Of a DNA stretch of 64,000 nt, positions 11,783 through 21,572 are shown one piece after another (position 1 is the stretch's first letter; every line of letters begins with the position of its first letter). Location: the NCBI GenBank assembly GCA_945872335.1, contig CAMBZS010000001.1, forward strand, positions 13,597 to 77,596, read 5' to 3'. The DNA is from Bordetella parapertussis. GTDB taxonomy: Bacteria > Pseudomonadota > Gammaproteobacteria > Burkholderiales > Burkholderiaceae_E. The notes below the pieces were generated by a model that worked only from the letters and a program-made list of their open reading frames with translations, was not told the DNA's origin and did not search any database. The translations under genes and the position numbers were made by a program.

Positions 11783-13141
11783 ATGAACATCGTTATCCTC
11801 GCTGCCGGCAAGGGCACGCGCATGCACTCTGACCTGCCCAAGGTGCTGCATACGCTCGCCGGACGTCCGCTCCTTGCGCATGTGATCGAACGCGCGCGCG
11901 CGCTCGCACCCTCGCGCATTGTGGTGATCTACGGGCACGGTGGCGACGCAGTACCGCGCGCGCTCGCCGCAGAGGATCTGGTCTGGGCCCTGCAGTCGCC
12001 GCAGCGCGGCACCGGTCACGCCGTCATGCAGGCGCTTCCCCACCTGATCGACACGGTGCCCACGCTTGTCCTCTATGGCGATGTGCCGCTCACCGAGCCG
12101 GCCACGCTCAACCGCCTGGTACAGCCCGCAACGGATGGCACCCTGGCGCTTCTCACCGTCAACCTGCCCGACCCCACCGGCTACGGCCGCATCGTCCGCG
12201 AGGGCGGCGCAGTTCGCCGAATCGTCGAGCACAAAGACGCCGACGAGCCCACGCGCGCCATTCATGAAGTCAACACCGGCATCCTCGCTGCGCCCACCCC
12301 GGCATTGCGCCGATGGCTCGCCGGCCTCTCCGACAACAACGCCCAGCGCGAGTACTACCTTACCGATATCGTTGCCGCCGCGGTCGCTGAGGGCGTGGCC
12401 GTCATCGCCGCCCAACCCGGTCACGATTGGGAAACACTGGGCGTGAACAGCCGCGCCCAGCTGGCCCAGCTCGAGCGCATTCACCAGCGCCGTCAGGCCG
12501 ATACCTTGATGGAGGCGGGGGTTGCGCTGGCCGACCCCGATCGTATCGATATCCGCGGCTCGCTTGCCTGCGGGCGCGATGTGTTCATCGACGTGGGCTG
12601 TGTGTTCGAAGGCAAGGTGGTGATCGGCTCGGGCGTCTCGATCGGCCCGAACTGCGTGCTGCGCGACACCACCGTTGCGAGCGGCGCCCAGATCCTCGCC
12701 TTCTCCCACCTCGACAGCGCGGTGGTCGGCGCCGATGCACGGGTCGGGCCCTATGCAAGGCTGCGGCCCGGAACCGAACTGGGCGAAGGCAGCCATGTGG
12801 GCAACTTCGTCGAAATGAAGGCCACTCGGCTCGGCCCCGGCTCCAAGGCCAATCATCTCGCCTATGTGGGCGATGCCGAGGTCGGCGCGCGGGTCAACAT
12901 CGGTGCGGGCACCATCACCTGCAACTATGACGGTGTCAACAAACACCGAACCGTTATTGAAGATGACGCGTTCATTGGCAGCGACACGCAGCTGGTTGCG
13001 CCGGTTCGCGTCGGTCGCGGTGCAACGCTTGGCGCGGGCACCACCCTCACGCGCGACGCGCCTGCTGATCGCCTCACCGTTTCGCGCGCCCGCCAAACCA
13101 CGATCGATGGCTGGAAACGGCCAGCCCGCAACAAAGGGTAG
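11783..13141 (+). CDS. glmU: Bifunctional UDP-N-acetylglucosamine pyrophosphorylase / glucosamine-1-phosphate N-acetyltransferase
   Basis: [14 protein letters not shown], a C-terminal left-handed beta-helix of hexapeptide repeats, and position upstream of glmS. Confidence 0.92.
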   Translation: MNIVILAAGKGTRMHSDLPKVLHTLAGRPLLAHVIERARALAPSRIVVIYGHGGDAVPRALAAEDLVWALQSPQRGTGHAVMQALPHLIDTVPTLVLYGDVPLTEPATLNRLVQPATDGTLALLTVNLPDPTGYGRIVREGGAVRRIVEHKDADEPTRAIHEVNTGILAAPTPALRRWLAGLSDNNAQREYYLTDIVAAAVAEGVAVIAAQPGHDWETLGVNSRAQLAQLERIHQRRQADTLMEAGVALADPDRIDIRGSLACGRDVFIDVGCVFEGKVVIGSGVSIGPNCVLRDTTVASGAQILAFSHLDSAVVGADARVGPYARLRPGTELGEGSHVGNFVEMKATRLGPGSKANHLAYVGDAEVGARVNIGAGTITCNYDGVNKHRTVIEDDAFIGSDTQLVAPVRVGRGATLGAGTTLTRDAPADRLTVSRARQTTIDGWKRPARNKG

Positions 13142-13152
13142 GGAGATTTCCG

Positions 13153-15006
13153 ATGTGCGGAATCGTTGGCGCAGCCGCGCAACGCGATGTCGTGCCGATC
13201 CTGATCGAGGGTCTGCGCAAGCTCGAATACCGCGGCTACGACTCGGCAGGAATCGCGCTCAACCATGGCGACATTCAACGCGTGCGCGCGGTCGGGCGGG
13301 TCGCCGACCTCGAGGCGCGAACCACAGAAGAGAAGGTTCAGGCCCCCACCGGCATTGCCCACACGCGCTGGGCCACCCACGGGGGCGTGAACGAAACCAA
13401 TGCCCATCCGCATGCCTCGGCAAGCGCGGCCGCCGCAGTGTCGGTAGTGCACAACGGCATCATCGAAAACCATGAGGCGCTGCGTGCCCGACTCACTGCG
13501 GCTGGCTATCGCTTCGAATCCGAAACCGACACCGAAGTCATCGCCCATTTGCTCCATAGCCTGGTCGCCCAGGGGCTGAGCCTGTTCGAGGCGGTACAGC
13601 GCGCGGTGCGCGAGCTCCACGGCGCCTACGCCATTGCCGCCATCAGCCGTGCCGAGCCCGGCACGGTGGTGGGCTCGCGCTGCGGAGCGCCGCTCCTCCT
13701 TGGCGTAGGCAACGAGGGGCGAGGCGACCGTGAAAACTTCCTGGCCTCCGACACCTCGGCGCTCCTTCAGGTCACCCGCCATGTTGCCTACCTGGAAGAG
13801 GGTGATGTGGCGGAAATCCGCAGCAACGGCTACCGGATCGTGAGTGCGAGCGGCACCCAGGTGAATCGGCCCGTCATTCTCAGCCAGTTGTCGGCCGATG
13901 CGATCGAACTCGGTCACTACGCGCACTACATGCAGAAGGAAATCTTCGAGCAGCCGGGCGCGATCGCCAACACGCTTGAAATGTTGCTCGGTGCATCGTC
14001 CATCGATCCCGGGCTATTTGGTGCCGACGCGCGGCCGGTGCTCTCGCGCGCCAGGCAGCTCTTGATTCTCGCCTGCGGCACCAGCTATCACGCGGGCTGC
14101 GTCGCGCGTTACTGGCTCGAGTCCATCGCCGGCATTCCCACCACCGTGGAGATCGCAAGCGAGTACCGCTACCGCGACTCGGTGGCACAGGACGACACGC
14201 TGGTTGTCACCATCTCGCAGTCAGGCGAAACCGCCGACACGCTTGCGGCGCTCGCGCACGCCGGCACCCAAGGGCTGGTCGACACCCTCACCATCTGCAA
14301 TGTGCCGGAGTCGGCGCTGATTCGTGCCTCCAAGCTCAGGTTCCTTACCCGGGCTGGCCCCGAGATCGGCGTGGCCTCAACCAAGGCATTCACCACGCAG
14401 TTGGCAGCCCTCTTCGTGCTCACGCTGGTCCTTGCCAAGCTCCGCGGCCGGCTCTCGGCCGAGCGTGAGCGCGAGCTGATTACGCAGTTGCGCCACCTGC
14501 CGGCGGCGATGAACCGTGTGCTCGAGTGCGAGCCGGCGGTACGCGCCTGGGCGGCGCGCTTTGCCGCGCGCCAGCACGCGCTCTTTCTCGGTCGCGGTGT
14601 GCATTTTCCGATCGCGCTCGAAGGGGCGCTGAAACTCAAGGAAATCACCTACATTCACGCCGAGGCCTATGCTGCGGGCGAACTCAAACACGGCCCGCTC
14701 GCGCTGGTTGATGACCAGATGCCGGTAGTCGCCATTGCGCCCAACGACGCGCTGATCGAAAAGCTCAAGTCGAACCTGCAGGAGGTGCGCGCGCGGGGCG
14801 GCGAGCTCTTCGTGTTCGCCGATCGCGACACACGGATCAGCGCCGGTGACGGCGTACATGTCATCAATCTCGTCGACCATGCAGGTGCGCTCTCACCCAT
14901 TCTTCATGTGGTGCCCCTTCAGCTCCTCGCCTACCACGCCGCGCTTGCGCGGGGCACCGACGTGGACAAACCGCGCAATCTGGCGAAGAGCGTAACCGTC
15001 GAGTGA
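13153..15006 (+). CDS. glmS: Glutamine--fructose-6-phosphate aminotransferase (isomerizing)
   Basis: N-terminal MCGIVG nucleophile, two SIS domains, and C-terminal [12 protein letters not shown]. Confidence 0.95.
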   Translation: MCGIVGAAAQRDVVPILIEGLRKLEYRGYDSAGIALNHGDIQRVRAVGRVADLEARTTEEKVQAPTGIAHTRWATHGGVNETNAHPHASASAAAAVSVVHNGIIENHEALRARLTAAGYRFESETDTEVIAHLLHSLVAQGLSLFEAVQRAVRELHGAYAIAAISRAEPGTVVGSRCGAPLLLGVGNEGRGDRENFLASDTSALLQVTRHVAYLEEGDVAEIRSNGYRIVSASGTQVNRPVILSQLSADAIELGHYAHYMQKEIFEQPGAIANTLEMLLGASSIDPGLFGADARPVLSRARQLLILACGTSYHAGCVARYWLESIAGIPTTVEIASEYRYRDSVAQDDTLVVTISQSGETADTLAALAHAGTQGLVDTLTICNVPESALIRASKLRFLTRAGPEIGVASTKAFTTQLAALFVLTLVLAKLRGRLSAERERELITQLRHLPAAMNRVLECEPAVRAWAARFAARQHALFLGRGVHFPIALEGALKLKEITYIHAEAYAAGELKHGPLALVDDQMPVVAIAPNDALIEKLKSNLQEVRARGGELFVFADRDTRISAGDGVHVINLVDHAGALSPILHVVPLQLLAYHAALARGTDVDKPRNLAKSVTVE

Positions 15007-15149
15007 CCCTGCCGGCCGTCGAGCCGTTGAAGCGGGTCCGCATCGAACCGGCCTGATACCTGACATCCGCGAGACCCGTCAATTACGGTGGGGACACGCA
15101 CTGAAACTGCGCATGATCGCGGGCATCGCGCCGCAGTTGCAGGATTGCC

Positions 15150-15947
15150 TCAGTGATCCTTCAAGAACTGCAACACCAGATCGAAGGTTTCCGGCCTTTC
15201 GCTCATCACGCCGTGCAAGGTGTTCGGAATGATGTGCGCCCGGGCCCGGGGCATTCTTTGCGCCATCGCGAGCGTGTGTGCGGCCGGCGTGATCATGTCG
15301 TCAGCACCGCACAAGAGGAATGCGGGCGTGTTGATTTCGGGAAGGCGATCCCAGGTGTCGTGGGCAATCAGCGCCTCGCCCATGCGAATGAAGCCGTGCA
15401 AGGGGCGGTGTACTGCAATCAAGGCAGCCTCGGCGCGCGCGATCGCCTCCGGGTGCTTGTCGTAGAAGTCAGCGGTATAAAAATACGTGAGCTCACCAGG
15501 GAACAACGCGGCGAAACCCGCAGTACAGGCGGTATCGATCCACCAGCGAATCATTTTCTTGGCCCTCGCATCGGGCCGCGATGTGGTGGAGGTCATCGCG
15601 AGTGCGCGAACACGTTCGGGGGCGAGCAGTGACACCCACTGTCCGATCGCCCCGCCCATGGATTTGCCCAGAACCCGAGCCTGGCGGATATCAAGGTGGT
15701 CCATCAGGCCCAACGTGTCACGCGCGAGCATCTCGGTGCTGTAGGGCGTGTCGGGAGCGTCGCTATCGCCGATACCGCGATTGTCAAAGGCCAGTACGCG
15801 AAAGTGCTGAGCCAATTGTTCGAGCATGCCGCCCCACGAAGCCCAGTTGGAGCTCGCATAACCGCCGATGAGGACGAGCCACTCACCTTCTCCGCGAACC
15901 GTGTAACTCAAATGGATGTCGCCGACTTTCACGCGGGGCATATTCAT
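15150..15947 (-). CDS. Alpha/beta-fold hydrolase (meta-cleavage-product hydrolase-like)
   Basis: Nucleophile elbow GKSMGGAIG, and HLSYTVRGEGEWLVLIGG is typical of the family. The start was set at MNMPRV; the longer track ORF adds an Arg/Ser-rich extension that does not look coding. Confidence 0.75.
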   Translation of the reverse strand: MNMPRVKVGDIHLSYTVRGEGEWLVLIGGYASSNWASWGGMLEQLAQHFRVLAFDNRGIGDSDAPDTPYSTEMLARDTLGLMDHLDIRQARVLGKSMGGAIGQWVSLLAPERVRALAMTSTTSRPDARAKKMIRWWIDTACTAGFAALFPGELTYFYTADFYDKHPEAIARAEAALIAVHRPLHGFIRMGEALIAHDTWDRLPEINTPAFLLCGADDMITPAAHTLAMAQRMPRARAHIIPNTLHGVMSERPETFDLVLQFLKDH

Positions 15948-16167
15948 TTCTCCGTCTGCAGACCAGGTACCACCTGGTGACCCATGTCGAGCCAGACGAC
16001 GCGTCGCACAAGACAACCGGTGTCGACTCCTTTGGGGTGATGACGCCCTGCCGGCATTTTGGCGTGGTGATTTCCCAGGAAGACTGGCAGCGGCAACATC
16101 GTGGCGTTCAAGGCCTCTCGACACGGGCTTTGGCAGAAGAAACTCTGATCGCCCGGTCCTGCGCGGC

Positions 16168-16974
16168 TCAGGCCTGAAGCACCACGGGCGAAAACCCCTC
16201 GAGCCGATATTCGATCCGGTCGCCGGCCTGCGGAAACTTCGAGGTAATCATGCTGCCGAGGATCGCGATCTCGCCGGCGCGTAGCGGATCCCCCATTCCG
16301 GCCGCCTGATTGGCGAGCCAGGCGAGCGCATGGAGCGGGCCCCGCATCAGATCCGCGCCGCGCCCCCTGCCCACGCTCACCCCGTTGATGAACGCCTCAC
16401 CGGTGAGGTCATTGATCGAAAGGCGCGACCAGTCCTCGCGAAGCTCCCCCAACACTGCGCCCTGGTTCCAAGCGTTGTCAGCGATCAGCGCAAGCCCCTG
16501 CCCGGCAAGCCGCCCATAGTCAGCGTTGCGGTCATCGGCAAGCTCAAGCGCAGGCCCAAGCGCAGCAACTGCCTTCGCCACCGACGATGCGTCGTAAGGC
16601 TCGCTGGCAGCAGCAAGATCGTGGCCAATCCGGATCGCTATTTCGAATTCGACGATCAGACGGCCGTAGTCGGACGTACGCACTGCGGCGGGCGAGCCCA
16701 CCACCTGCCGGCGGTGAAGGCGTCCCGAAATGGGTGTGGGCAGGCCGGTCATTGTCTGCATTGCGGACGAAGACAGCGCGATCTTTCGTCCGACAGACGG
16801 TCCACACAACAACGCCTTTTGGTGCACATAATTCGCCTGAATTGCGTAAGCCTCGGCGACCGAGCGCGGCGCAAGCTTCCCGGGAAGAGGCGCGAAGTGG
16901 GCGCGGCGCGCGTAGGCATCGATCAGCCAGCACGCAGCGCTTCGCTGGCGGGCAGCGGGGCGCGGTGAATTCAA
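16168..16974 (-). CDS. 2-keto-4-pentenoate hydratase / fumarylacetoacetate-hydrolase-fold hydratase (MhpD-like)
   Basis: 268 aa with overall MhpD/XylJ-like pattern (AYAIQ..., GRKIALSS..., ELADDRNADY). TTG start preceded by a GAGAGG Shine-Dalgarno sequence. Confidence 0.65.
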   Translation of the reverse strand: MNSPRPAARQRSAACWLIDAYARRAHFAPLPGKLAPRSVAEAYAIQANYVHQKALLCGPSVGRKIALSSSAMQTMTGLPTPISGRLHRRQVVGSPAAVRTSDYGRLIVEFEIAIRIGHDLAAASEPYDASSVAKAVAALGPALELADDRNADYGRLAGQGLALIADNAWNQGAVLGELREDWSRLSINDLTGEAFINGVSVGRGRGADLMRGPLHALAWLANQAAGMGDPLRAGEIAILGSMITSKFPQAGDRIEYRLEGFSPVVLQA

Positions 16975-17209
16975 GGGTGACCTCTCTTTTTAAGTTCGTG
17001 ACAAGAACCTGTAATTAGCGGCAAAATCTGCACCCAGCGCAATCATTGCCGGTTTGTAATTGTTTGTATCAAAGGCATGGTGAGTTCCGCGCTGTTCGAT
17101 ACATTCGCAAAATTTTCCAACTGATGCGATCACGCGATGCCCCTCCGTCCTCAGGTCCTTACCCCACCGGCAACTGCCGATTCCCGCTGACTGTTCGAGA
17201 TCCATTCCC

Positions 17210-17617
17210 ATGCAATCCGACCCCTCCAAGAAGCAGTTTGCCGAGCGCCTGGTCAAGGCCATGCAGGATTCGGGCTACGTGGCCAAGCCGTCAGTTCTCG
17301 AGCGCGAGTTCAATCAGCGGTACTGGGGCAAGCCCATGACGCTGCACGGCGTTCGTCGATGGCTGCTCGGAGAGACCCTGCCTTCGCAGGACAAACTGCT
17401 GGTGCTCGCAGAGTGGCTGGGCATTGCACCGCATATCCTGCGCTTTGGAGAAGAGGTCACCTCGCGCATCGATGAGCGGCGCGCGCGTTGGGACTACGGA
17501 GTCGGCTATCAGGAGCGCGAAATCTTTGAAGCGTTTCTGCAACTTCCGGTTCCTCAACGCAAGATGGTTCGCGAAATCATCCTCGCCTTTGTGAAAGCGT
17601 ATCCGTTGCCGAACTGA
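17210..17617 (+). CDS. Putative XRE/Cro-type helix-turn-helix transcriptional regulator
   Basis: QFAERLVKAMQDSG...MTLHGVRRWLLGETLPSQDKLLVLAEWLGIAP resembles an HTH_3-type domain. It is preceded by an AT-rich intergenic region. Confidence 0.5.
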   Translation: MQSDPSKKQFAERLVKAMQDSGYVAKPSVLEREFNQRYWGKPMTLHGVRRWLLGETLPSQDKLLVLAEWLGIAPHILRFGEEVTSRIDERRARWDYGVGYQEREIFEAFLQLPVPQRKMVREIILAFVKAYPLPN

Positions 17618-17632
17618 TACATCCTTGCGCGC

Positions 17633-18625
17633 TCAGGCGAGCGCCTCCTTTGTGTTGGTGCGGATCTGCGACTCGAACATGCGCAGGCGCTTGTACACAG
17701 ACATCAGCTCGACGATGGTCGACCAGCTGGTCACCAGATACTGAAACGACTCCTGCACCTTGCCGAAGGCGCGAATGATCTGCTGCATGGTGCCAAGGGT
17801 GAGCGCACCCGCCACCAGCGTCGGACCCAACGCAAGGTAGGGCACCAGCACGCTGAATTGCAGGTAGGACCACTTCGCCACGTCGAAATACAGGTAGTGA
17901 AAGAACAGGCGGAAATAATTGGTTCGCACATCCGCAAAGAGGCTGCTCACCGTGGCGGGTGAGGCACGCGCCGGGTCATCCTCGCCGTGGACGAGCTCCT
18001 TCCGATAGGCCGCTTCCACCCGCTGGTTGTGGAATTCAAGCCCTGGCAGTCTCACGCCCACCACCGCCATGAGCACGGTTCCGGCCAGCGCAAACAGAAT
18101 CGCAACATAGACCAGCGCGTGCGGCACCTCACCCACCCAGGGCAGGGCCTTCACATGGGACGAGAGGGCCCACAGAATGGGCAGAAACGCGAACAGCGTG
18201 AGCAGGCTTCGCATGAAGCTCACGCCCAGTGACTCCATGATCCGTGCAAAACGCATGGTGTCTTCCTGCACGCGTTGCGAGGCGCCTTCTATGGCTCGGA
18301 GCTCCGTCCAGTGCGCCATGTAGAAGTCGTTCATCGCCGTGCGCCAGCGGAAGATGTAGTGCTTGATGAACCAGTCGAGCGCCACGGCAATCAGCACAAA
18401 GGTGCCCGCCACGTGGCCGAAGGTGAGGAGGTGGCCGAAGTACTCGTCGAGCGCGACCGCGCCGGGCGTGGCAAGCGCTTTCTGGATCAGGTTGTAAAAG
18501 CCGCCGAACCATTCATTGATCTGGACATCAAGCATCACCTTGTACCAGGTGGCAAAGAGAATCAGCGCGCTACCCAGAATCGACCAGGCAAACCAGCGGC
18601 GGCTGAGAAAGAAGCTGCGGAACAT
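17633..18625 (-). CDS. SbmA/BacA-like family inner-membrane transporter (short form, 330 aa)
   Basis: The N-terminus MFRSFFLSRRWFAWSILGSALILFATWYKV...NEWFGGFYNLIQKAL parallels E. coli SbmA (RWQYWSILGTALIIFVTW...YAPFYDLIQTAL). The protein is multi-TM. Confidence 0.75.
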   Translation of the reverse strand: MFRSFFLSRRWFAWSILGSALILFATWYKVMLDVQINEWFGGFYNLIQKALATPGAVALDEYFGHLLTFGHVAGTFVLIAVALDWFIKHYIFRWRTAMNDFYMAHWTELRAIEGASQRVQEDTMRFARIMESLGVSFMRSLLTLFAFLPILWALSSHVKALPWVGEVPHALVYVAILFALAGTVLMAVVGVRLPGLEFHNQRVEAAYRKELVHGEDDPARASPATVSSLFADVRTNYFRLFFHYLYFDVAKWSYLQFSVLVPYLALGPTLVAGALTLGTMQQIIRAFGKVQESFQYLVTSWSTIVELMSVYKRLRMFESQIRTNTKEALA

Positions 18626-18641
18626 GATCGTTGCTCCCGGT

Positions 18642-19526
18642 TCAGGCGCGGGCCGGGCGCTCGCCCGAGACCTGGTAATACACCGCGCTCACGTCGAGCT
18701 CGCCAAACCCTGCAACGCGCGCGGCCTGGAGCTGGCTTCTGGCAAGCGATGCGAGCGGTACCGGGCGATCCAGGTCCTGCGCCAGTGCGATGAAATAGCG
18801 CATGTCCTTTTCCATCAGGCCAAGCTGGAACTGCGGAGCAAAGTCTCGGCGGAACACCTTGGGGAGCTTGGTACGCGTGAGCCGTGAGCCAGCAGGGCCT
18901 TCATTGAGCAACTGGGTGACCGGCTCGGGATCCAGGCCCGCCGCGTGTGCAACCATCACCGCCTCGGCAAGCGCAGTGTTCATCACCGCAGACAACATGT
19001 TGTTGATCAGCTTGATGGTGGCGCCATGACCACTCGGACCGATGTGGATCGCCTGTCGGCCCATTGCGCCGAGTAGCGGTTGAGCAGCGGCGAGCGGGGC
19101 GGCATCACCGCCCACCATGAAGACGAGTTCGCCCGAGGTCGCCTGCGGCACGCTTCCGGCCACCGGTGCATCGAGATAGGCGAGGCCCCGCGCCGCGGCT
19201 GCCTGCGCAAGGTTGCGGGCAAGCGCCGGGGTGTTGGTACTCGAGTCGATCACCACCGTGCCGGGCGAAGCGTTGGCGAGTACCCCACCCTCATCCAGCA
19301 TCACCGAACGGGAGGCTTCATCGTCGGCCACGATCGACACCACGAACGAGGCCCCGCGAACCGTTTCGGCAATCGAGTGACAGACGGTGGCGCCAGACGA
19401 CTCGAACGCGCGCGCACGCTCGGCGCCGCGGTTCCACACCCGAAGCGCGAAACCCGCCTTCATGAGATTGCGTGCCATCGGCGCGCCCATCGCGCCCAGG
19501 CCCAGGAATGCCACGGTGCTGGTCAT
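18642..19526 (-). CDS. NAD(P)-dependent oxidoreductase, 3-hydroxyisobutyrate / 6-phosphogluconate dehydrogenase-like family
   Basis: VAFLGLGAMGAPMARNL Rossmann motif. The start at 19526 is preceded by an AGGAGA Shine-Dalgarno sequence. Confidence 0.8.
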   Translation of the reverse strand: MTSTVAFLGLGAMGAPMARNLMKAGFALRVWNRGAERARAFESSGATVCHSIAETVRGASFVVSIVADDEASRSVMLDEGGVLANASPGTVVIDSSTNTPALARNLAQAAAARGLAYLDAPVAGSVPQATSGELVFMVGGDAAPLAAAQPLLGAMGRQAIHIGPSGHGATIKLINNMLSAVMNTALAEAVMVAHAAGLDPEPVTQLLNEGPAGSRLTRTKLPKVFRRDFAPQFQLGLMEKDMRYFIALAQDLDRPVPLASLARSQLQAARVAGFGELDVSAVYYQVSGERPARA

Positions 19527-19740
19527 GTTCAAGTTCTCCTGTCGATCATCGACTGCGCTGGCGGCCACGCGAGGCGCGTGGTCTCGTGTGCGCTCGCCGC
19601 CGGTAAGCCCGGCACTCTACCGCGCCGGCGAGCGCCCATCGCCCGCCACATCGCCATACACTCGCGCGGCGCCCGGACCAGCTGGCCGCCTGCGCAGCGC
19701 ATCGACGATGCTGCGTCGCAACAAATAGTCTGCGGTCTGC

Positions 19741-19769
19741 TTGAAAAAAACCTTTTAAATAATCATAAT
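19741..19769 (+). promoter_or_regulatory. Putative sigma70 promoter of the phasin gene: -35 TTGAAA (19741-19746), 17-bp spacer, -10 CATAAT (19764-19769)
   Basis: Direct sequence reading. The only AT-rich stretch in this intergenic region, 60 bp upstream of the ATG. Confidence 0.55.
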
Positions 19770-19772
19770 TCT

Positions 19773-19795
19773 GTAATGTTGCATCGCAACATTAC
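19773..19795 (+). promoter_or_regulatory. Perfect 10-bp inverted repeat GTAATGTTGC-atc-GCAACATTAC overlapping the predicted transcription start; candidate repressor (PhaR-type) operator
   Basis: Direct reading. The half-site core TGCATCGCAAC recurs as TGCGTCGCAAC at 19712-19722. Confidence 0.5.
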
Positions 19796-19828
19796 CATAC
19801 CCTTTTCGACTGACACGGAGTACGACCC

Positions 19829-20353
19829 ATGACCATCCAACCGGAAAAACTCATGCAGATGCAAGCTGAGGCGCTTGAAGCCTCACGTCAGGCCGCCACC
19901 AAAACGCTCGAGGGCTGGCAGAAGCTTGCTCAACTAAATCTGCAGACCGCGCGCGCCTCGCTCGAGCAATCAAGCGAGCAGATCAACGCGCTCCTGGCCG
20001 CCCGTGACACCAAGGCGCTCGCCGATCTGGTGACCTCGCTCGCTCGGCCACCCCAGGATCAGTTCTCCGCTTACGCCAAAGCCGTGTATTCGATCTACCG
20101 GGAGGCGAACCAGGACTTCACCTCAATGCTGGACAAGCAGGTGGCGGCGAGCAACCGCCAGCTTGCCGAGTCAGTCGAGACGCTCACCCGCAACGCGCCG
20201 GCCGGTACCGAGGGCGTGGTGACGCTGATCCGGCAATCGATGGCAGCCGCGCAAAACGCCTACGACCAGGTGAACCAGGCCGGGCGCAAGCTCACCGAAA
20301 TGGCCGATGCCAATCTCGCGCAGGCCCCGGCGGGTGCGAAGAAGCGCGGCTGA
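19829..20353 (+). CDS. phaP: Phasin (PHA-granule-associated protein, PhaP family)
   Basis: Similar to Cupriavidus necator PhaP1 (LNLQ..., RNAPAGTEGVV vs KNAPAGSESTV, AAQNAYDQVNQA vs AANNAYESVQKA). 174 aa, Ala/Gln-rich and helical. Confidence 0.85.
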   Translation: MTIQPEKLMQMQAEALEASRQAATKTLEGWQKLAQLNLQTARASLEQSSEQINALLAARDTKALADLVTSLARPPQDQFSAYAKAVYSIYREANQDFTSMLDKQVAASNRQLAESVETLTRNAPAGTEGVVTLIRQSMAAAQNAYDQVNQAGRKLTEMADANLAQAPAGAKKRG

Positions 20354-20357
20354 GCGG

Positions 20358-21353
20358 TCAGTCGATCCGGACCAGAAGCTTGCCGAGGTTTTTCATCGCC
20401 TCGCAGGCTTCATGCACCTCGACAATCTGATCGAGCGTGTAGACCCGCTGGACCTGGTGAACCAGCTGACCTGCTCGTAGCGCGTGGTCGATGAAGCGCA
20501 CCGCCTCGGCATGCGCTTCATCGGACATCACGTACACCAGCACCGTGCGTAGCGTGAGATCTTTGGCGAGCATTGCGAAGAACGGCAGCGCAGGCTGGGG
20601 CTCTGCATCCGACCCGTAAGCCGCAATCACACCGCGCGGACCCAGCATCTTCACGTTGTCGGCGAGGTTGACACCGGCTGCCACGTCCACGACGCGATCG
20701 AGCGCGCGCCCCGGGCCAAGCAGATCGGCCACCCTCTCCACCACATTCTCGGTGCGATAGTTGATGACCGCATGCGCACCGGCCGCGCGTGCACGCGCGG
20801 CCTGCTCTTCGCGGCTCACGGTGGCAAGCACCAGCGAGGCTCCGCCCAGGCGCGCCATCTGTACGGCGTAATAACCCACCGCTCCCGCACCACCCTGCAC
20901 CAGCACCGCCTTGCCGGTGACCGGTCCGTCGGCGAATACGCAACGATGCGCGGTCATCGCCGGAATGCCAAGGCATGCCCCCACCTCAAAGCTCACATCG
21001 TCCGGCAGGCGAACGGCCTTGTGCGAAGGCACCACGCTGAACTGCGCGGCGGTCCCCGATGCGCGGCCGAGTGTGGCCTCATACACCCATACCCGCTCAC
21101 CGATCCGGCCGGGGTCGACGCCCGCGCCCACGCGATCGATGACACCCGCCCCATCCTGATGCGGCACGATGCGCGGAAACGCCATGGCGACATTGCCGCG
21201 TGCACCGCCACGCGCCTTCGCATCCGACGGATTGACCGCTGACACATGGACCCTCACCCTCACCTCGCCCGCTACGGGTTCGGGGTCAGGCAATTCGCCC
21301 ACGCGCAAGACCTGCGCGGCAGGGCCTTTGGTGTCGTACCAGGCTGCTTTCAT
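20358..21353 (-). CDS. NADPH:quinone reductase / zinc-type alcohol dehydrogenase family oxidoreductase
   Basis: MKAAWYDTKGPA..., VNPSD, and VLVQGGAGAVGYYAVQMARLGGA cofactor motif. The start at 21353 has an AGGAG Shine-Dalgarno sequence. Confidence 0.85.
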   Translation of the reverse strand: MKAAWYDTKGPAAQVLRVGELPDPEPVAGEVRVRVHVSAVNPSDAKARGGARGNVAMAFPRIVPHQDGAGVIDRVGAGVDPGRIGERVWVYEATLGRASGTAAQFSVVPSHKAVRLPDDVSFEVGACLGIPAMTAHRCVFADGPVTGKAVLVQGGAGAVGYYAVQMARLGGASLVLATVSREEQAARARAAGAHAVINYRTENVVERVADLLGPGRALDRVVDVAAGVNLADNVKMLGPRGVIAAYGSDAEPQPALPFFAMLAKDLTLRTVLVYVMSDEAHAEAVRFIDHALRAGQLVHQVQRVYTLDQIVEVHEACEAMKNLGKLLVRID

Positions 21354-21464
21354 GAAACATCTCCTGCAAATCGGATCGGGGCGCATCCCGCCTCGGGTCG
21401 GTGCACGGGTCGAGCGCGCAAGAGTTTACCGGCTGCAGTCAGAACGCCGAATGCCGACACGAAG

Positions 21465-21480
21465 CTTTACGATCGCTTAC
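21465..21480 (-). promoter_or_regulatory. Candidate OmpR/CpxR-type response-regulator box: GTAAG-N5-GTAAA (minus-strand reading), about 95 bp upstream of the Spy/CpxP-like gene
   Basis: The plus strand reads CTTTACgatcgCTTAC. A third TTTAC lies at 21425-21429. It resembles the E. coli CpxR consensus GTAAA-N5-GTAAA. Confidence 0.3.
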
Positions 21481-21572
21481 ATCAGCGGCCACCCTCGGGT
21501 GAACCTGCCTCGCTACGATCCGGTTCATGGAGCGCACCATCGCGCTTCACATATCCCCAAGGAACCTCCCCC

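Noticed and set aside
11717-13096. 459-aa minus-strand ORF opposite glmU
   Set aside because: glmU is unambiguous on the + strand. The antisense ORF has low-complexity Gly/Ala/Arg/Asp composition and no recognisable motifs. It is an open-frame artefact of GC3 bias.
13142-13152. Possible glmS ribozyme or other leader upstream of glmS
   Set aside because: Only 11 nt separate glmU from glmS, so there is no room for a ribozyme. That element is in any case characteristic of Gram-positive bacteria.
16990-17262. 90-aa minus-strand ORF (and 17046-17339 +) in the AT-rich intergenic region
   Set aside because: There is no GC3 bias and no Shine-Dalgarno sequence. The translation is Cys-rich and odd in composition, and the ORF overlaps the start of the HTH gene. 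It is more likely non-coding regulatory DNA.
21387-21572. Sigma54 (-24/-12) promoter upstream of the ZraP-like gene
   Set aside because: The best candidate is TGGAGCgcaccatcGCg near 21525-21541. It has the wrong GG-GC spacing and a poor match to TGGCAC-N5-TTGC, so it is not convincing.
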